A program made the translations under genes and the position numbers. 64,000 nucleotides of DNA from Vicugna vicugna (taxonomy: Eukaryota): the NCBI GenBank assembly GCA_013265495.1, contig MU058009.1:3985780-4049779 (forward strand). Direction: 5' to 3'. Shown piece by piece: positions 49,868-61,940 of the stretch. Below the pieces are notes generated by a model. It ran no database searches. It had not been told where the DNA came from and saw only the letters and a list, made by a program, of their open reading frames with translations. Position 1 is the stretch's first letter. Each line of letters starts with the position of its first letter.

Positions 49868-49990
49868 CCCGGCGGTCGGGGCCCGCGCGCGTCGGGGCTG
49901 CTCCCGGGAGGCCGGCGGCGCGGAGGCCGGGGGCGGCCGCTGAGCGTGGCGTCCGCGCGGCTCCGGGGCCGGCAGCGCCTCGCCTTCCCC

Positions 49991-50017
49991 AGCGAGCGAG
50001 CGAGCGAGCGAGCGAGC
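49991..50017. repeat. (AGCG)6+ tetranucleotide repeat in the CpG island
   Basis: agcgagcgagcgagcgagcgagcgagc is read directly. Confidence 0.95.
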
Positions 50018-50732
50018 CAGGGGCGGCCGCCGTGCGCTCCCGCCTCGGCCGCCGGCGCCGCCGCGGAGACCGCCCCCGAGACCGGCCGCATCGCGGCGGC
50101 TGCAGCGCGCGTCTGGGCTCGGACGAAGTTGACCGAGGCGGCTGCCGCAGCATCCCCGGTCCGGATCGCGCGAAGCCCGGCGTCGCCTCGCCTCCCGGCT
50201 CACCCCTGCGCCTCCTGCGTGCTCCACTTTCCAGCTCCGCTATTGTTGCAGACTGTCTTCTGCTGGCCATCCTTCCACCGAAACTTACAAAGAAAGTGTC
50301 GGATTTGCCCTTGCTGGAGCTGAGGGATTCAGACCACCTCTGCGCAGCCGGATCTCACCCACCCCCGTCCCCTTCTGGTACCAAAGTGCTCACTGCTCTC
50401 CGAAGTGCCATGCCTGAACTGTTACGGGGAAGAAGGGGCTCCTGAGCCGTGCCGCACCTCGGCACCTGTCTTGCGCTTCCCCTCTCTCGGCCACCTCCCC
50501 TGGCCGAAGCAGCACCGAGGGAGCCCCCTTTGGATGCCCTCCGTGGAGACTGCTTCTCCGAGGCCGGAGCGCTGAGGCTGGATTTGGGGAGGAATACGAG
50601 ACTTGGAGGAGTCTGCGCGCTCTACTCCTGCCCGCGCCTCTCGGTCCCCGTGCTCGCTCCCCCACCCCACCCACTTCCTGTGCGCGCCCGGGGGGCGTGT
50701 GCCGAGCCGCTGCCGGAGTTCTGGGAAGTTGT

Positions 50733-50929
50733 NNNNNNNNNNNNNNNNNNNNNNNNNNNNNNNNNNNNNNNNNNNNNNNNNNNNNNNNNNNNNNNNNNNN
50801 NNNNNNNNNNNNNNNNNNNNNNNNNNNNNNNNNNNNNNNNNNNNNNNNNNNNNNNNNNNNNNNNNNNNNNNNNNNNNNNNNNNNNNNNNNNNNNNNNNNN
50901 NNNNNNNNNNNNNNNNNNNNNNNNNNNNN
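50733..50929. other. Assembly gap (197 N)
   Basis: A run of N inside the GC-rich island. Confidence 1.
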
Positions 50930-53454
50930 CTTTGAATTGACAATGATTTGTGTTGGGGGGCGTGCGGGGAGAGGGGCCGGGGTGCGGGTGTGTATACCGG
51001 AGCCGCTGGCGGAGGGGTCGCTGGCTCGCTGGGCTGCAGCATTCACAGATGAGCTGGGTGCCCTGGGAAAGTGGTGGTCGTGGGGAAGCGCTCCGAGGTT
51101 CGGTTCGGGAGATGAGCTGTCTCCCCAAAACCGGCCTCCTTGGCTCAGGACTTGGTAAGCAGGAGGGATGGCTGGGCCAGGGAGCCTCGGGGATCGAGTC
51201 CAGTGGCCTGAGCACAGTCTGTGCCCAAACCTGGTGGCCGTGGTGACTGGGGGCCTGGCTGGGGCCCAGCGTGAGCAGTCTTCTCTGAAGTTAATGAGCC
51301 CGAAGGCCGGGTCTGGCTTCCTGTGAATGCCGTCACCCTGCCCACGCCAGGGGGCTGTCAGCCTGGCCCGCCTGCTGGGGCAAACCTGCTGTTCTGTCTC
51401 GGGTCTGACTGTCCTGGGCTTTCCTGGGTTGTCCTCATGCCATGAGCTGGTGGCCAGAGGGATGCACTTTCTCCTGTCTGAACATGGCTCACCGAGATTG
51501 AGGTCGTGGAGAAGAGTCTGGGTTGTCCCTGGAAAAGCGTTTCCTCTGGTTGCCTGTGCCGTCCACGGAAGCAGTGTGTGCAGAACTCATGTACTGAGCA
51601 GAAACTAGGTTTCCGTGTTGAGCTGGGTCCTGGGGTTAAGGCTTGCAGGAACTGGAGGGCGAGGAGGAGGAGAACCTTGGCCATGTGTTGTGTAAGGCAG
51701 GAGGGTCTGTCTCCCTTTTGACCCTTCCTCCTGAAATGCTAGCTCAACTTCCAGCGTCTGAGAGCGTGCTGCTCACAGGAGGGCACCGCAGAGCCGTGGC
51801 TGTAATGGGAGCGTGTACACTCTGGAATTTTATGAAAGTCAGCGTGAGGCAGAAGTTAGGAAGGTTTATGGGAGGAACGATAAGCCTGCTTAAGTAACAT
51901 TTTCCAAACTGGGCCACTGAGCTGACTGCAAGGCAACATGGCGATCTTCCCATCCTTTGCCCTCGAAGATTCTTGGAGAGAGAAGCTCGTGCTGATGCCC
52001 ACGGCTCTTCCCTTTGTGGCTGTTCTTCTAAGGCTGGATTGTTCTTGGGTGGCGCGTGTAAGGCAATACCCACGGGACAGAAAATGTCGAGGCTGGGGCA
52101 CTGGGCCGCAGAGCTGGTTTGTCGGGATGCTATCAAAGGAACTGTGTGATTTCAGATCCTGTCAAGGTCTGAGGCACCATGTCCTTCATCGTTGGGGAGG
52201 TAATCCCCATGGCCCAGGGAGCGCTCGGCACTTATGGGTTCCGGACGCCCACCTCTTCCACTGAGACCTTTGGGGACTGTTTTGAGTAAAGGTTGAATAT
52301 CTGACAGCCTCACACCTGAAATAGCTGGGTACCTGCTTTATAAAGGATTTCATGGAAACTCCAAATAGGCCATGATTTCAGAATTCTTGGAAGGAAAACA
52401 AAAGCAAACCTCTAAAGCCACATGGTCAGTGATGTTTAGTGTTTTCAGGGTGTCTCCTTTGTCCCTAACCCTTGACTGCAACGAGGAACCCACAAGAGAC
52501 AAGATGGTGACAGTCTTACCTGGAGAACATTTTAGAATTGAACGGGGTGGTGCTTTCCAGGAGAAGGTGGGAGGCCATCAGCTCCAAAAGAGATGTGGAG
52601 ATAAAGAAATAGCCAAGGGGCCTGGACAGGCAGTAGCTCCCATGTCGTAGGTACAGTGAGGGGTCCGGACGGGCAGGATGTGGTCCTCAGAAGGCGGCGC
52701 CCAGGCTCACGAGAAGCAGGAGTCCAGAGAGGGCTGATGAGGCAGGTGCTCAGCCAGGGGCCGGGCCTGGGGTCAGAGCAGCCCCTCCTTAAACTTGCCT
52801 CCTCCTGCCCTGGCTGGCTTCTCTTTCTTTGTCTTCCCCCCCAGGCCTCTTCCTGACTCACTCGGAGGCCCCACCCCAGTCTCTGTCCTGCACTCAGTTC
52901 TCTTTGGATTTTCACATATGCTCTGGACGCACTGGTCTTGATTGGTTGCAGATGGAGGAAGGGGGCCTACGAAGACCCTCCCGGGACAGCCCCTGACGCT
53001 GAGCGCCAGCCCCTGGGACTGCTTGTCTTCCTGACATGCAGGAGGAAGACCCTCCCAGGGGAGGGAGCCCTGCAGGGCGGGAGCTAGAGGAGCTGGGGTC
53101 CGCCTGCCCCCAGCCTGCTGCCCGCGGGCCTGATTTAGGGTGCGCGGGGCGGTAGGTGCTGGGGCGGAGGCACCCAGGCCGCCGCAGGATGGCTTTCGCC
53201 CTCAGGCTCTGGTGCGCGCCCTGGGGTGCAGAGGGCCGCCGTGCTGGCGTGTGCTTTTGTGGTTGGGGAGCCTTTAAGCACTCCAGCACAGCTCTGTGCT
53301 TTGTGATTTTGCGTGCAGAGAAGCATGTAGGAATTTCAGAATGTATTTTGTTGGCATCAAACTTGCTAAATTTGCACATAAGCTGATTCCAGGCTGCAGC
53401 AATCCAGTGGCTCAGAGCTCTGGGTTCTGTCACTTTTGCTTTTATTGTGTGTAT

Positions 53455-53540
53455 GTGGGTCTCCTCTTTCTTTTGTCTTTCCTCCCCCTCCTTCTTTCCT
53501 GCCTTCCTCTCTCCCTTCCCCCCTTCCTTCTTCTTTTGTT
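53455..53540. repeat. Polypyrimidine (CT/CCTT) low-complexity tract
   Basis: ctcctctttcttttgtctttcctcccctccttctttcctgccttcctctctcccttccc... Confidence 0.8.
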
Positions 53541-54089
53541 CAGCACGTGACCAAGCTACACAGACCACAGCTAGGCAGGCGCTGAGCACGCTGCTCTGCC
53601 TGGAGAACCACCCCGTCCACACCACCCTGGGTGACACAAGGTTCATGCCTGTAGTTTCCTTCTCAACCAGCAGAGGACTTTTTGCTTTATTTTCATTTGA
53701 TTCTGCTTTGTTCTCACCAGTTTCGTTTTTTGAGCATCTTTTGCAGTTCGCCCCAAAATGAATGCTTCAGCCACAGCTTCTAGTGCGAGGAAACTTCTTA
53801 GAAGGTTTTATTTTCATCCACTTGGTGCTACTGACCCTCCTGGAGGGACTGGGAAACCTTCCACCTGCTGTGGTGTCCACAGCCTGAATAGAACTCCGGG
53901 CAATTTGCAGTCTCCCACTCTTTCTGTTTTCCTGCCAATAGTCTTCATGGAGATTTGTTTAAAAGGGTGAGGTCTCATAAAACTGAATGTGCCATTATTA
54001 GAAGAAGAACCAAAGTTTATTGGACACTCCCCATGTCCTAGGGGTATTCTGAGTGTGTTGAACACGGCCTCACCCATCCTCTAGCCATA

Positions 54090-54240
54090 ACATTCACATT
54101 TAACCCCAGTAAAACCCCTCTGATTATAGGTGCCATTATTACCCCCATTTTATAGATGAGAAAACTGAGGCTTGGGGAGTTTACATAATTTGATTAAGGT
54201 TACACCGCTAGGAGGTTTGGACGCCAGGTCCTGAGGCAGT
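54090..54240 (-). mobile_element. MIR SINE
   Basis: ataggtgccattattacccccattttatagatgagaaaactgaggcttggggag is a near-consensus antisense MIR core. Confidence 0.85.
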
Positions 54241-57200
54241 AGTATCAATAATGCTAAAAAGAGGAACCGTGCTGGAGTCACTGGGCGCTCGCTCACAGGG
54301 AGGCCTCACGACCGCTCTCTGACATAGACCTGCTTGTCTCCATCTCGTGGACAAGGAGGCCCAGAGCGGGGTTCTACCTGGCCTCACGCACGTGGGCACG
54401 TGGCAGAGCTGGGATGCTGACTCCGGACTCTGCATGGCAAGCCTGCCCCACTGCCCTCTGAGGCCTCCCAGCTCCCCGCTGGCATCCGCCCTGTTTCCTC
54501 TTGCACCCCGTCTGACTCTCTGTCTTCTTTCTGTGCATGGATTGGGGAGCGGCTCCCTCTTGAAAGCAGGGATCCTGCTCTGTCGTGCTGTGAACCCTGT
54601 GTGCTCCCAGACATTTACCAAGCAGGTGCAATCACTGAATACAGCCCGTCTAAGACTGTGGTCGACCAACCAAGGTGTCCTGAGCGGTTTTTCTTTGAAG
54701 GACGCTGAGATCTCCTCTCAGAGCCTTGGGTCCGACTCACAAGGCCAGGCTGTGGACGCAGAGGCCACCGACAGCTGAGACAGATGTGCCCATTGACAGA
54801 TGGGTGGGAGTCCGCCTGGGGTCGAAAGGACACCCTCTGTCCCGGTGGGCAGAGCTGCGCTCCTGTGACCAGAGCAGGAGGGCCTGAGATGCCCAGCAGT
54901 GTGGCTGTCTTAATTAGAGATAGTCCCTAAGTGTCACTGCGTCACTTGGTGACTTTGACGAACGCATTTCGTACTTTCATGGATTCTGCAAGTAAGGCAG
55001 CGACCAGTGAAGTGAATTATTTCCTCGGGCTCATCTGCTGAGTGAGTATCCGAGGTGCACATCAGGCACCCAGACTGCAGGCTTGGCCGCTGTGTGGTGG
55101 TGCCTTTTTTTTTAATGAGTTGAGAATGGAAGGTCTGAGAAATGTCTAAGATGGAAGTTGGGCTTCGGTGTGGCGGTTCGATGGAACAGCAGAGACACCG
55201 TGGTTCCCACACCTGAGAAAACCCGTGGGGCCCTCTTCGAGACGGCGGAGGCTGGGCATATCATCCACTTCATGGAAAGCACTTCATTTTACAAGCTGGT
55301 GGATTCTCCCTTAGTCTCTCCAGCTACTCCATGGCCTCTTGAGCCTGGAACTACGCCTTCTTCAAGTCTGCACCCCAGGACCTGGCACATGCCTCAGACC
55401 ATGGCTGTTGCTGATAGAGTCTGAGTGACAGACCCTCCCATCCTTCACCTGCTCTGCCATCGATGTCCTGGCCTTTCTGTTTCATGAACACAGACGACTT
55501 TCTCTTGCTAGAGCCTCCCCGTGCATGGCTCCCAGCGTGAGGGCTCCTCCCACTCCAGCCCTGCCCGTGGATGGCGGGTCATCATTTTGGCCTCAGCTCC
55601 TGTGAAATCCCCTCCCAGATAAAAATAACCCCCACCACTTCCTGCAGCCTCAGACACCAGCATAGCTCCTTCTCCAGAGCAGTTGTCTGCACCTGAGGTC
55701 TTCCTGTTCCTTAATTTGGTCCTGTGCTCATCTTCCCCAGCTGGACTGTCATTTCCTTGTGGGCAGGAGCCTTCTGCCTCCTTCTCGCCGGGACCTGGCC
55801 TACAGAGGGCGTGCGGCAGCGAGCTCTCGCGTGAGTGGTGGAGGCGTAATGTGTGGGACCACCACCTTCTCCTGGCCCTCCCTGCCCTCTTCCCTGGGTC
55901 CTCTCCTGTTGTCCCCGCCCCGGTCACGTCACTGACTCCCTGTCCGCTCTGTCCGGGTCGTGCTGTGATCGAGCTGGTGTCTCTCTGTCCAGGACACAGA
56001 TGGTCTGTGCCAATTGCCTGTTACTTCACAGCTGCACCCATGACACCTGCTGCCTTTCTGCCAGGTCGCTCGCCTACCCAGCCCTTCAGCCTTTAAAGAG
56101 ATGGCTCTCTCCAGCGGTGCACTCAGCCCCAGGCAGACCTCAGGGAAATGAGCATTTTCAAGATAAACAGGGGCACAGGGAAGCCCCTTCCTGCCCGTCC
56201 TTCTTTCTATCTGGAGCCTGCTGTCAGTGGCTGTCTGGCTGGGTAACTCTCGATCCTTGGTGTAAGAGTCACCTCCTTCCGCAGAGCAGTGCCTCTCACG
56301 AAGCAAGGGCTGCCCTGGCCGCCCTGCCCACCCCCCAGGGTCCAGCCCTGCCCGCTCACCTCTGGGGCTTGCCAGGCGCCCAGCAGGGGGACCGGAGCTC
56401 CGAAGAGCACTGGCAGATGGAGCTGCGGAGGGAGGCTCCTGGAAGCACACCCAGCCTGTTGAGGAGCCAAGAATGAAAATGGGAAAACTAAAAACCCAGC
56501 CGAACACGGGGCAGGTGGAGAAAGGACACGCCGGTTGTTGGGAGAACCTGGAGGAGGTGCGGGGGGCAGCCCGGTTCTCGGCACGCCTCGCCTCCGCGGA
56601 TGCGCGCTTTGCAAAATGTCTCTTTTCTTCCACGTTTGGAAGGATTACAGGGAGCTCGGCCTCCTGGCTCCCCAGATAACGAGGCCGAGGAGAGTCAGTC
56701 TCGCACGAGGATGCCTTCCTGACAGAGTGAGAAGGCCTGACGTGCAGCTCACACTGCGTCCCGCGGCTGGGAGCTCTGCTGCGCCCGGGACAGGGCACTC
56801 CTCCCTACCACGTGCCAAGCCCCCGCGCTGGCCGAGCGAGTGTCTCCACAGATCATTCAGAGCAAGGCTTTGATTCTGGCCCTTCGAGGGTCTTTGCTTC
56901 AGATACTAGCAATCTTGGATTCCCTCACAGAGAGTTAACCCCTCAGAATTACCGTCGAGTTCTCTGGAATTGGGTATTGGACACATTCAGGTGGAAACCC
57001 AGTTCCCTGAGGATTCCCCAGGTCAGTCCCTATGGCTGCCCGGCAGAGGGAGCAGGACAGGGGACAGCTTGCCCGATACGTTTCCCTATTTGTTGCACTA
57101 GACGTGGGACCATTGGCATCTCTTCTGGAGAAACGTAAAACAATTCAAGTAATATCCGTAGCACATTTGTTCTCTCAGGCTCAAAGTCTCCACTGATGGG

Positions 57201-57554
57201 TGAGACGCACCCTCATCCTTGCGAATCAGAGAGCATTTTGCTTCCTCGGGAGCAGGCTGGTGGGTTCCCACTCTGCGTCATAGGTGACTTCTGATACATG
57301 AATGATACCGTTAGAGTCAGATGGATGGTCAAATAATAGCCTTTGGAGGAAATCAAGAATTGATTGGGTCTTGGATGCAATTTCAAATCACACGTGTGAG
57401 CCACAGGCAGGGAGGGAGGAGCAGAAATATTTGAGGGGAGCACAATGGATGGAGATGAAACTCTTCAACAAACAAGACCTTCCAAAGCCGTATTCCATCA
57501 GAGGGTTGTGCCAGGGAGAAAACGGGCCCCCAGACAGGAGTCTGCTGACTCAAG

Positions 57555-57665
57555 CACCTCTCTGTGATCTTGGACAATTTTTTTTTAATTCCTCTGACAG
57601 TTATTACCTACCTCAGTGGGTTGTTTGGGATTGAAATGAAATAATGTAACACAAAGCCTGGTCTA
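57555..57665 (+). mobile_element. MIR SINE
   Basis: ctgtgatcttggacaa...ttattacctacctcagtgggttgtttgggattgaaatgaaataatgta. Confidence 0.6.
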
Positions 57666-58562
57666 TAATTATAATTCTGTTTTTTTTCGTGTGTATGCAT
57701 ACTCACACATATGTGCATGCATGTACGTGTATGTACGGTGGTGACACACTTAGCGATTTTCACCGTAAGCTGTTGCAGCTTACACACCCGTGTGGCCACA
57801 CTTTGATGGATGGTCTGTGTCTTGCTCCCGGAAGACCTGTGAGGAGAGGAAAGCCTCTCCGTCCACTTCTAATTATACTTCTCGGTGTGTTTCTCCTACA
57901 CGTCTGCTTGGCGCCGAGTAATCGTCTTCTGTTCCAACAACTTCTTGAGCTATTTTATTTCAGAGAAGGAGTCAGGAGAAAGGTATTTCTTTACTTTTCA
58001 TCGCAAGACTGTTGCATAGCAAGTTATGACAGTTCATGGCTCTGAAGATGAATTTCCTACCAGAAAAAAAAACAAAGGGACGTTTCTGTGGAGCCAAGTT
58101 TTCTGACACAAATAGTGGGGTCAGGCGTTCACGGACAGATTTAGGATTTGTAGCCCTTTTTCCCTGGAAGGCTGACTTTTCCACGACACCCCACTGCAGT
58201 CAGCTGGCAAAGCAGTGTTAGGGAAGCCATCGGCGGGGTTTTCAGGCCTTCCAGCCCTAAAGCCGTGTGGGTGCCGTTTCCCTGGGTTCTCGTCTGTTCA
58301 CTGAGGGGCCAGCTCCGGACTTCCACAGCGAGGGGGGGAGCAAAAGGGGGCCTCCCTCTGCATTTGGTGCAGCTCTGGGGCGAGACCCGTGTGTCTGGCA
58401 TTAGAAACTGATCTCAGAATTCACTGTTGGCACCACGGGAACAGTCCTTTTCCCTGCAACCCTGTGCCGTGGGGCTTAAATTCGTGTAAATTATATATAG
58501 CTGTCTCAGCGGTTCATGATCTGTTTTTCCCAAATCTCACCGATTCACACGGTTGAGTGATT

Positions 58563-58595
58563 TGGGTGTGTCTGGGTGTGTCTGGGTGTGTCTGG
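58563..58595. repeat. Tandem 10-mer (TGGGTGTGTC) x3.3
   Basis: Read directly. Confidence 0.9.
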
Positions 58596-59025
58596 CCAGC
58601 TTGCTGCCTCGTCTGTGTGAGATGCTTCGGCTCAGAGAGCTTTTGCGAGGTTAGATTTGTCTTGTACAGTGTACATATGAATTAATCTTACAGTCTTGCT
58701 GGTGGATTTTTAAAAATAATAGAATTTTTAATGAAAACCAGCATCAGCTGCTGGACGGATGGAAAATGATGGAGCTGAGATCAGCCTTTCAGGTGAAGCT
58801 TTGCTGGCCCCACGGAGGCAACGGGAGGCGTGTGTGTGTGTGGAAGTGATTTCTTCATCTTCCCTGGCTTTCAGATCTTCTCTGGCCCTTGCCCTCAGAA
58901 CAGTCGACTTTGCACAGATTTACTTGTCAAGAAAGCTCAATCCGAAGCAGTTCTAACTGGTTGGAACCCAAGAGGAAGAAAGTAAGAAAGAGAAAAAATG
59001 CAAATTATTTTTAATTTGGTGCAGC

Positions 59026-59507
59026 GGTTATGAAACGGGAAATTGTACCTTCCACTCCCCACCCACAACACCCCAAAAACGGTCTGTTGAGGTCCCCGCA
59101 TCCAGCACCTCATAATGTGGCCTTATTTGGAAATAGGGTCACTGCAGGTGTAATTAACTGTTCAGATGAGTCCACACTGGAGTGGGTGGGTCCCTAGTGC
59201 AGTCCAGCCGGTGCCCTTATGAGATGCCCACATGGGGCACAGCAGACACACAGGAGGACACCATGCGCTGACGGGGACAGGTTGGGGCGATGAGGCTGCC
59301 AGCCAAGGGGTGTCCGAGGTTGCTGGTGAAGCACCCGAGCTCGGAGGAGGCAGGGAGGAATTCTCTCCCGCAGGTTTCATGGGGAGCCTGCCCGGCCACC
59401 TCGATTTCAGACTCCTGGCCTCCTGAGCTGTGAGACGGTGCCCTTCTGTTGTTTTGAGCCGTCCAGGTTGCAATGCTCTGTTGCAGTAGCCCCAGGAGCC
59501 TGACACA
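59026..59507 (+). mobile_element. MaLR solo LTR, MLT1C-like
   Basis: aatgtggccttatttggaaatagggtcactgcaggtgtaattaa...gatttcagactcctggcctcctgagctgtgagac...gcagtagccccaggagcctgacaca follows the remembered MLT1B/C consensus. Confidence 0.9.
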
Positions 59508-59849
59508 CTCGGGCAACAGTAACGAGACTTCTTAACTAGCCATCCCCTGCGATGCTCCCGGCATGACTGTTCCTCTGACAGCCATCACCTCCCAGCTTCT
59601 CCGTCCCAAAGGGAGGCCCGTCCAGAGCGGGAATAAAATTAGGGCTGATCCCCGCCCTTTTCCCGATAGACCATCGGGACAAACACTGTTGCCTCAGCCG
59701 CCTCACAGTCAGAGCTCTCCCAGACTAGGTACCATTGTTTAGGTTCTTGTAACCTTGAGGTCCTGTTCGTGCAACAGCGTGGCCCAGTGCAGACCTCTCT
59801 CTACGACTGGGCTCCACGATCCGTCACCAGCAAGGTCCCTGTGTCCCCA

Positions 59850-60620
59850 TCTCTTCTCTGAATGCTCCTGTCGGCTTTTGCTCCACCTGAAACTCGGCTG
59901 TTTCCCGGGCTATTACTGCTCCTCGAGTCTGATCAGCAGAGGCTGGTTTCCTCCCGCGTCCTTGCTCCCGGGAGGCCTGAACGTCGGAGAGGCGTTCTCT
60001 TGCTGCTCATTGTGGCCTCCGGCCACTTCCTTCCCAAACCTCCCAAGCTCCGCAGTCACGTGAAGCGCGCGCCGCGTCCCTCGCAGCCCCTTCCTTGCTG
60101 TGGTTTTCTGCTCTCTGTCCTGACCGGTCTCCTTCTCTCTGGAGCTCCAGACTGTACATCCTAGTGTTAATCCGCAGACCCACCTCCACGTTTCAAGCTC
60201 TGTGTCCCCCAAGCCGTGTTCTTGACACCAGCCCCATGGGACCTGCCCGCAGCCGCCAGCAGCTTGATCTTCCCCAGGTCGGTCTCCGTCGTGGGCACAG
60301 ACACCGCCCTTCGCCCAGCCGCTCTGTCCAAAAACCTGATGAATGAGCTTTTTCCTTCCTCTCTTACGCTGCATCTAGTCCACCCATAAATCCGGTGTAT
60401 CCTTGCTCTCAGGTTACAGCCTGAATCAGGCTGCTGTTCGCCATCTGGAACATGACCTCCTGAGGCAGAGCCGCCGCCCGCGCTCGCAGGGCCGCTCCAC
60501 GGCCCCTCACCTGGTCTTCCCGCATCCAGTCCATTCCCCACCTGGCTGCCCACGGTCTTGTTTAAGAACGTAAATCAAGTCACGTCACTCTGTGCAAAGC
60601 CCAACGGTGGCTTCCAGTTA
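59850..60620 (+). mobile_element. L2 LINE, 5' part of an interrupted copy
   Basis: Pyrimidine-rich L2 ORF2-end / 3' UTR motifs: ctgtggttttctgctctctgtcctgacc, ccaaaaacctg, agtccattccccacctggctgcc...tttaagaacgtaaatcaagtcacgtcactc. Confidence 0.7.
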
Positions 60621-60621
60621 C

Positions 60622-60802
60622 ATTTATTTTAGTTTGTTTCATTGAAATATAGTCTGTTACAATGTGATTTGGATATATACACACACACACACATATATAT
60701 ATATGTCTTCATATTCTTTTTCATCACCGGTTACTGCAAGGTATTGAATATAGTTCCCTGTGCTGTACAGCAGGACCTGGCTGTTTATCTGTTTCATATA
60801 CA
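60622..60802 (-). mobile_element. L1 3' end fragment nested in L2
   Basis: tttcattgaaatatagtctgttacaatgtg...gcaaggtattgaatatagttccctgtgctgtacagcaggacc. Confidence 0.85.
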
Positions 60803-60809
60803 CCAGTTA

Positions 60810-61285
60810 ATGAAATGCGTGTACAAGACTTTTATTACCCGGCGTCTGCCTACCCCTCGGACATCTCCCTCTGTCGTGCCTGCCCCGCTCAAGGACGCAG
60901 CTCCCTGAACTTCTCTGCTGTTCCTTGAACCCACCAAGTCCACTCTGGCCCGAGGACACGCTCTTTGCCCTCCCGGGACCCACTCGTGTGGTGTGATGCC
61001 TCCTTCGTGCCACTCATGCGTCTGCTCAAGTGGCCCACCCCCAGGAGGACGTGCTGTATGAAACAGCCACAGCCCAGCCCCCACATCACTCTGTCCTCTT
61101 GCCTAACCTTCCTTCGTAGCCCTGAACACTTGGGAAATTCTGTTATTAATTTACCTGATACCTGTTTGTTGCCTTTTCCCCTGAAATGTGAGATTCCCCA
61201 AGGCCCCTCCCTGACTTCACTGCTGGCTAGATTACTCATCGGATCGTGGTACGTATCACGGAGTATTTGCCGCGTGAACGAGAGG
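60810..61285 (+). mobile_element. L2 LINE, 3' part of the interrupted copy
   Basis: ctgctgttccttgaacccaccaag...gtctgctcaagtggc...ctgaaatgtgagattcccca...ggagtatttgccgcgtgaacga is a degenerate L2 tail. Confidence 0.7.
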
Positions 61286-61759
61286 TTTACCAGGAGTAAC
61301 AGGAAGCTGCTAGTAGTGGAAACTACTGGCCTTTGGTTAGAGAGAGGAGATGCAGGCGTTCCTCTGCCCTGGCCTGGGCCTGGGCGGCCTCACGCAGGCT
61401 CAGAGGAGGTGTGCGCCGTCCTGCCTAGGCTTCCTCTCCGAGGGCAGCGCGTGGACGGGGCCTTGGGGCGGCCGTCACGGCACCGTGTGACACACTTCGT
61501 AGAGTCTGCACACGTGGCTCCTGAAGGACCTTTACGTTTCCACTTTCGCGAGAGGTTTTATGGGAAATCTGACAAACACTTGACAGTGGGGACTGGCTTC
61601 TAGCTTGCGGCCTGTACACTTGCGGGGAGGGAAGGGAGTGGCCGTCGGGCAGAGATCGGCCCGAGAGCCTGAAACTGGACACATTATTCAGTGTCCATTA
61701 TTGCAGTCTACACTTTCCTGATGAAGGGCACTCCACCTGACGGCGGGGGAGCGGAGTGA

Positions 61760-61938
61760 GAAGCCCCTCCCTGGGCTCAGACCCCGGCTCTGCCGCTTCC
61801 CAGGGCTGTGGCCCGTGGCCCGTGGGTCCACCTCACTGGGCCTCTGTCTTGTCAGCGTCGAAGGGAGCTAACCATGGGAGTCCTGAGCCGGGAGGGAAAC
61901 GTGGGGCACTTAGATCAGCGCCGGGCACTCAGGAAGTG
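61760..61938 (+). mobile_element. MIR SINE (GC-shifted)
   Basis: ctgggctcagaccccggctctgccgcttcccagggctgtggccc...ggcacttagatcagcgccgggcactcaggaagtgc. Confidence 0.55.
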
Positions 61939-61940
61939 CC

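Larger units (their letters stand above)
49680..51110. promoter_or_regulatory. CpG island; probable promoter / non-coding first exon of an unidentified gene
   Basis: Extreme CpG and GC density from ~49690 to 50220, continuing across the gap to ~51110. Tandem GC boxes (gcccgccgcccgccgcccgcc, 49765-49785) and an (AGCG)n tract are present; no recognisable coding exon. Confidence 0.9.

Noticed and set aside
49578-50323. Long ORFs on both strands of the CpG island (230 aa, 201 aa, 125 aa)
   Set aside because: They are Arg/Ala/Pro/Gly-rich open frames expected from stop-poor GC-rich DNA, and they resemble no protein I recognise.
49680-51110. Assigning a gene symbol to the CpG island
   Set aside because: No coding sequence is present and I cannot match the UTR-like sequence with confidence; this needs BLAST or synteny.
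55853-56798. 289-aa and 207-aa ORFs
   Set aside because: They overlap on opposite strands in GC-rich sequence, have low-complexity composition, and match no recognisable family.
58563-58595. Short direct repeats as a CRISPR-like or prokaryotic array
   Set aside because: It is a simple tandem 10-mer without spacers in mammalian DNA; no prokaryotic-type system is present anywhere in the window.
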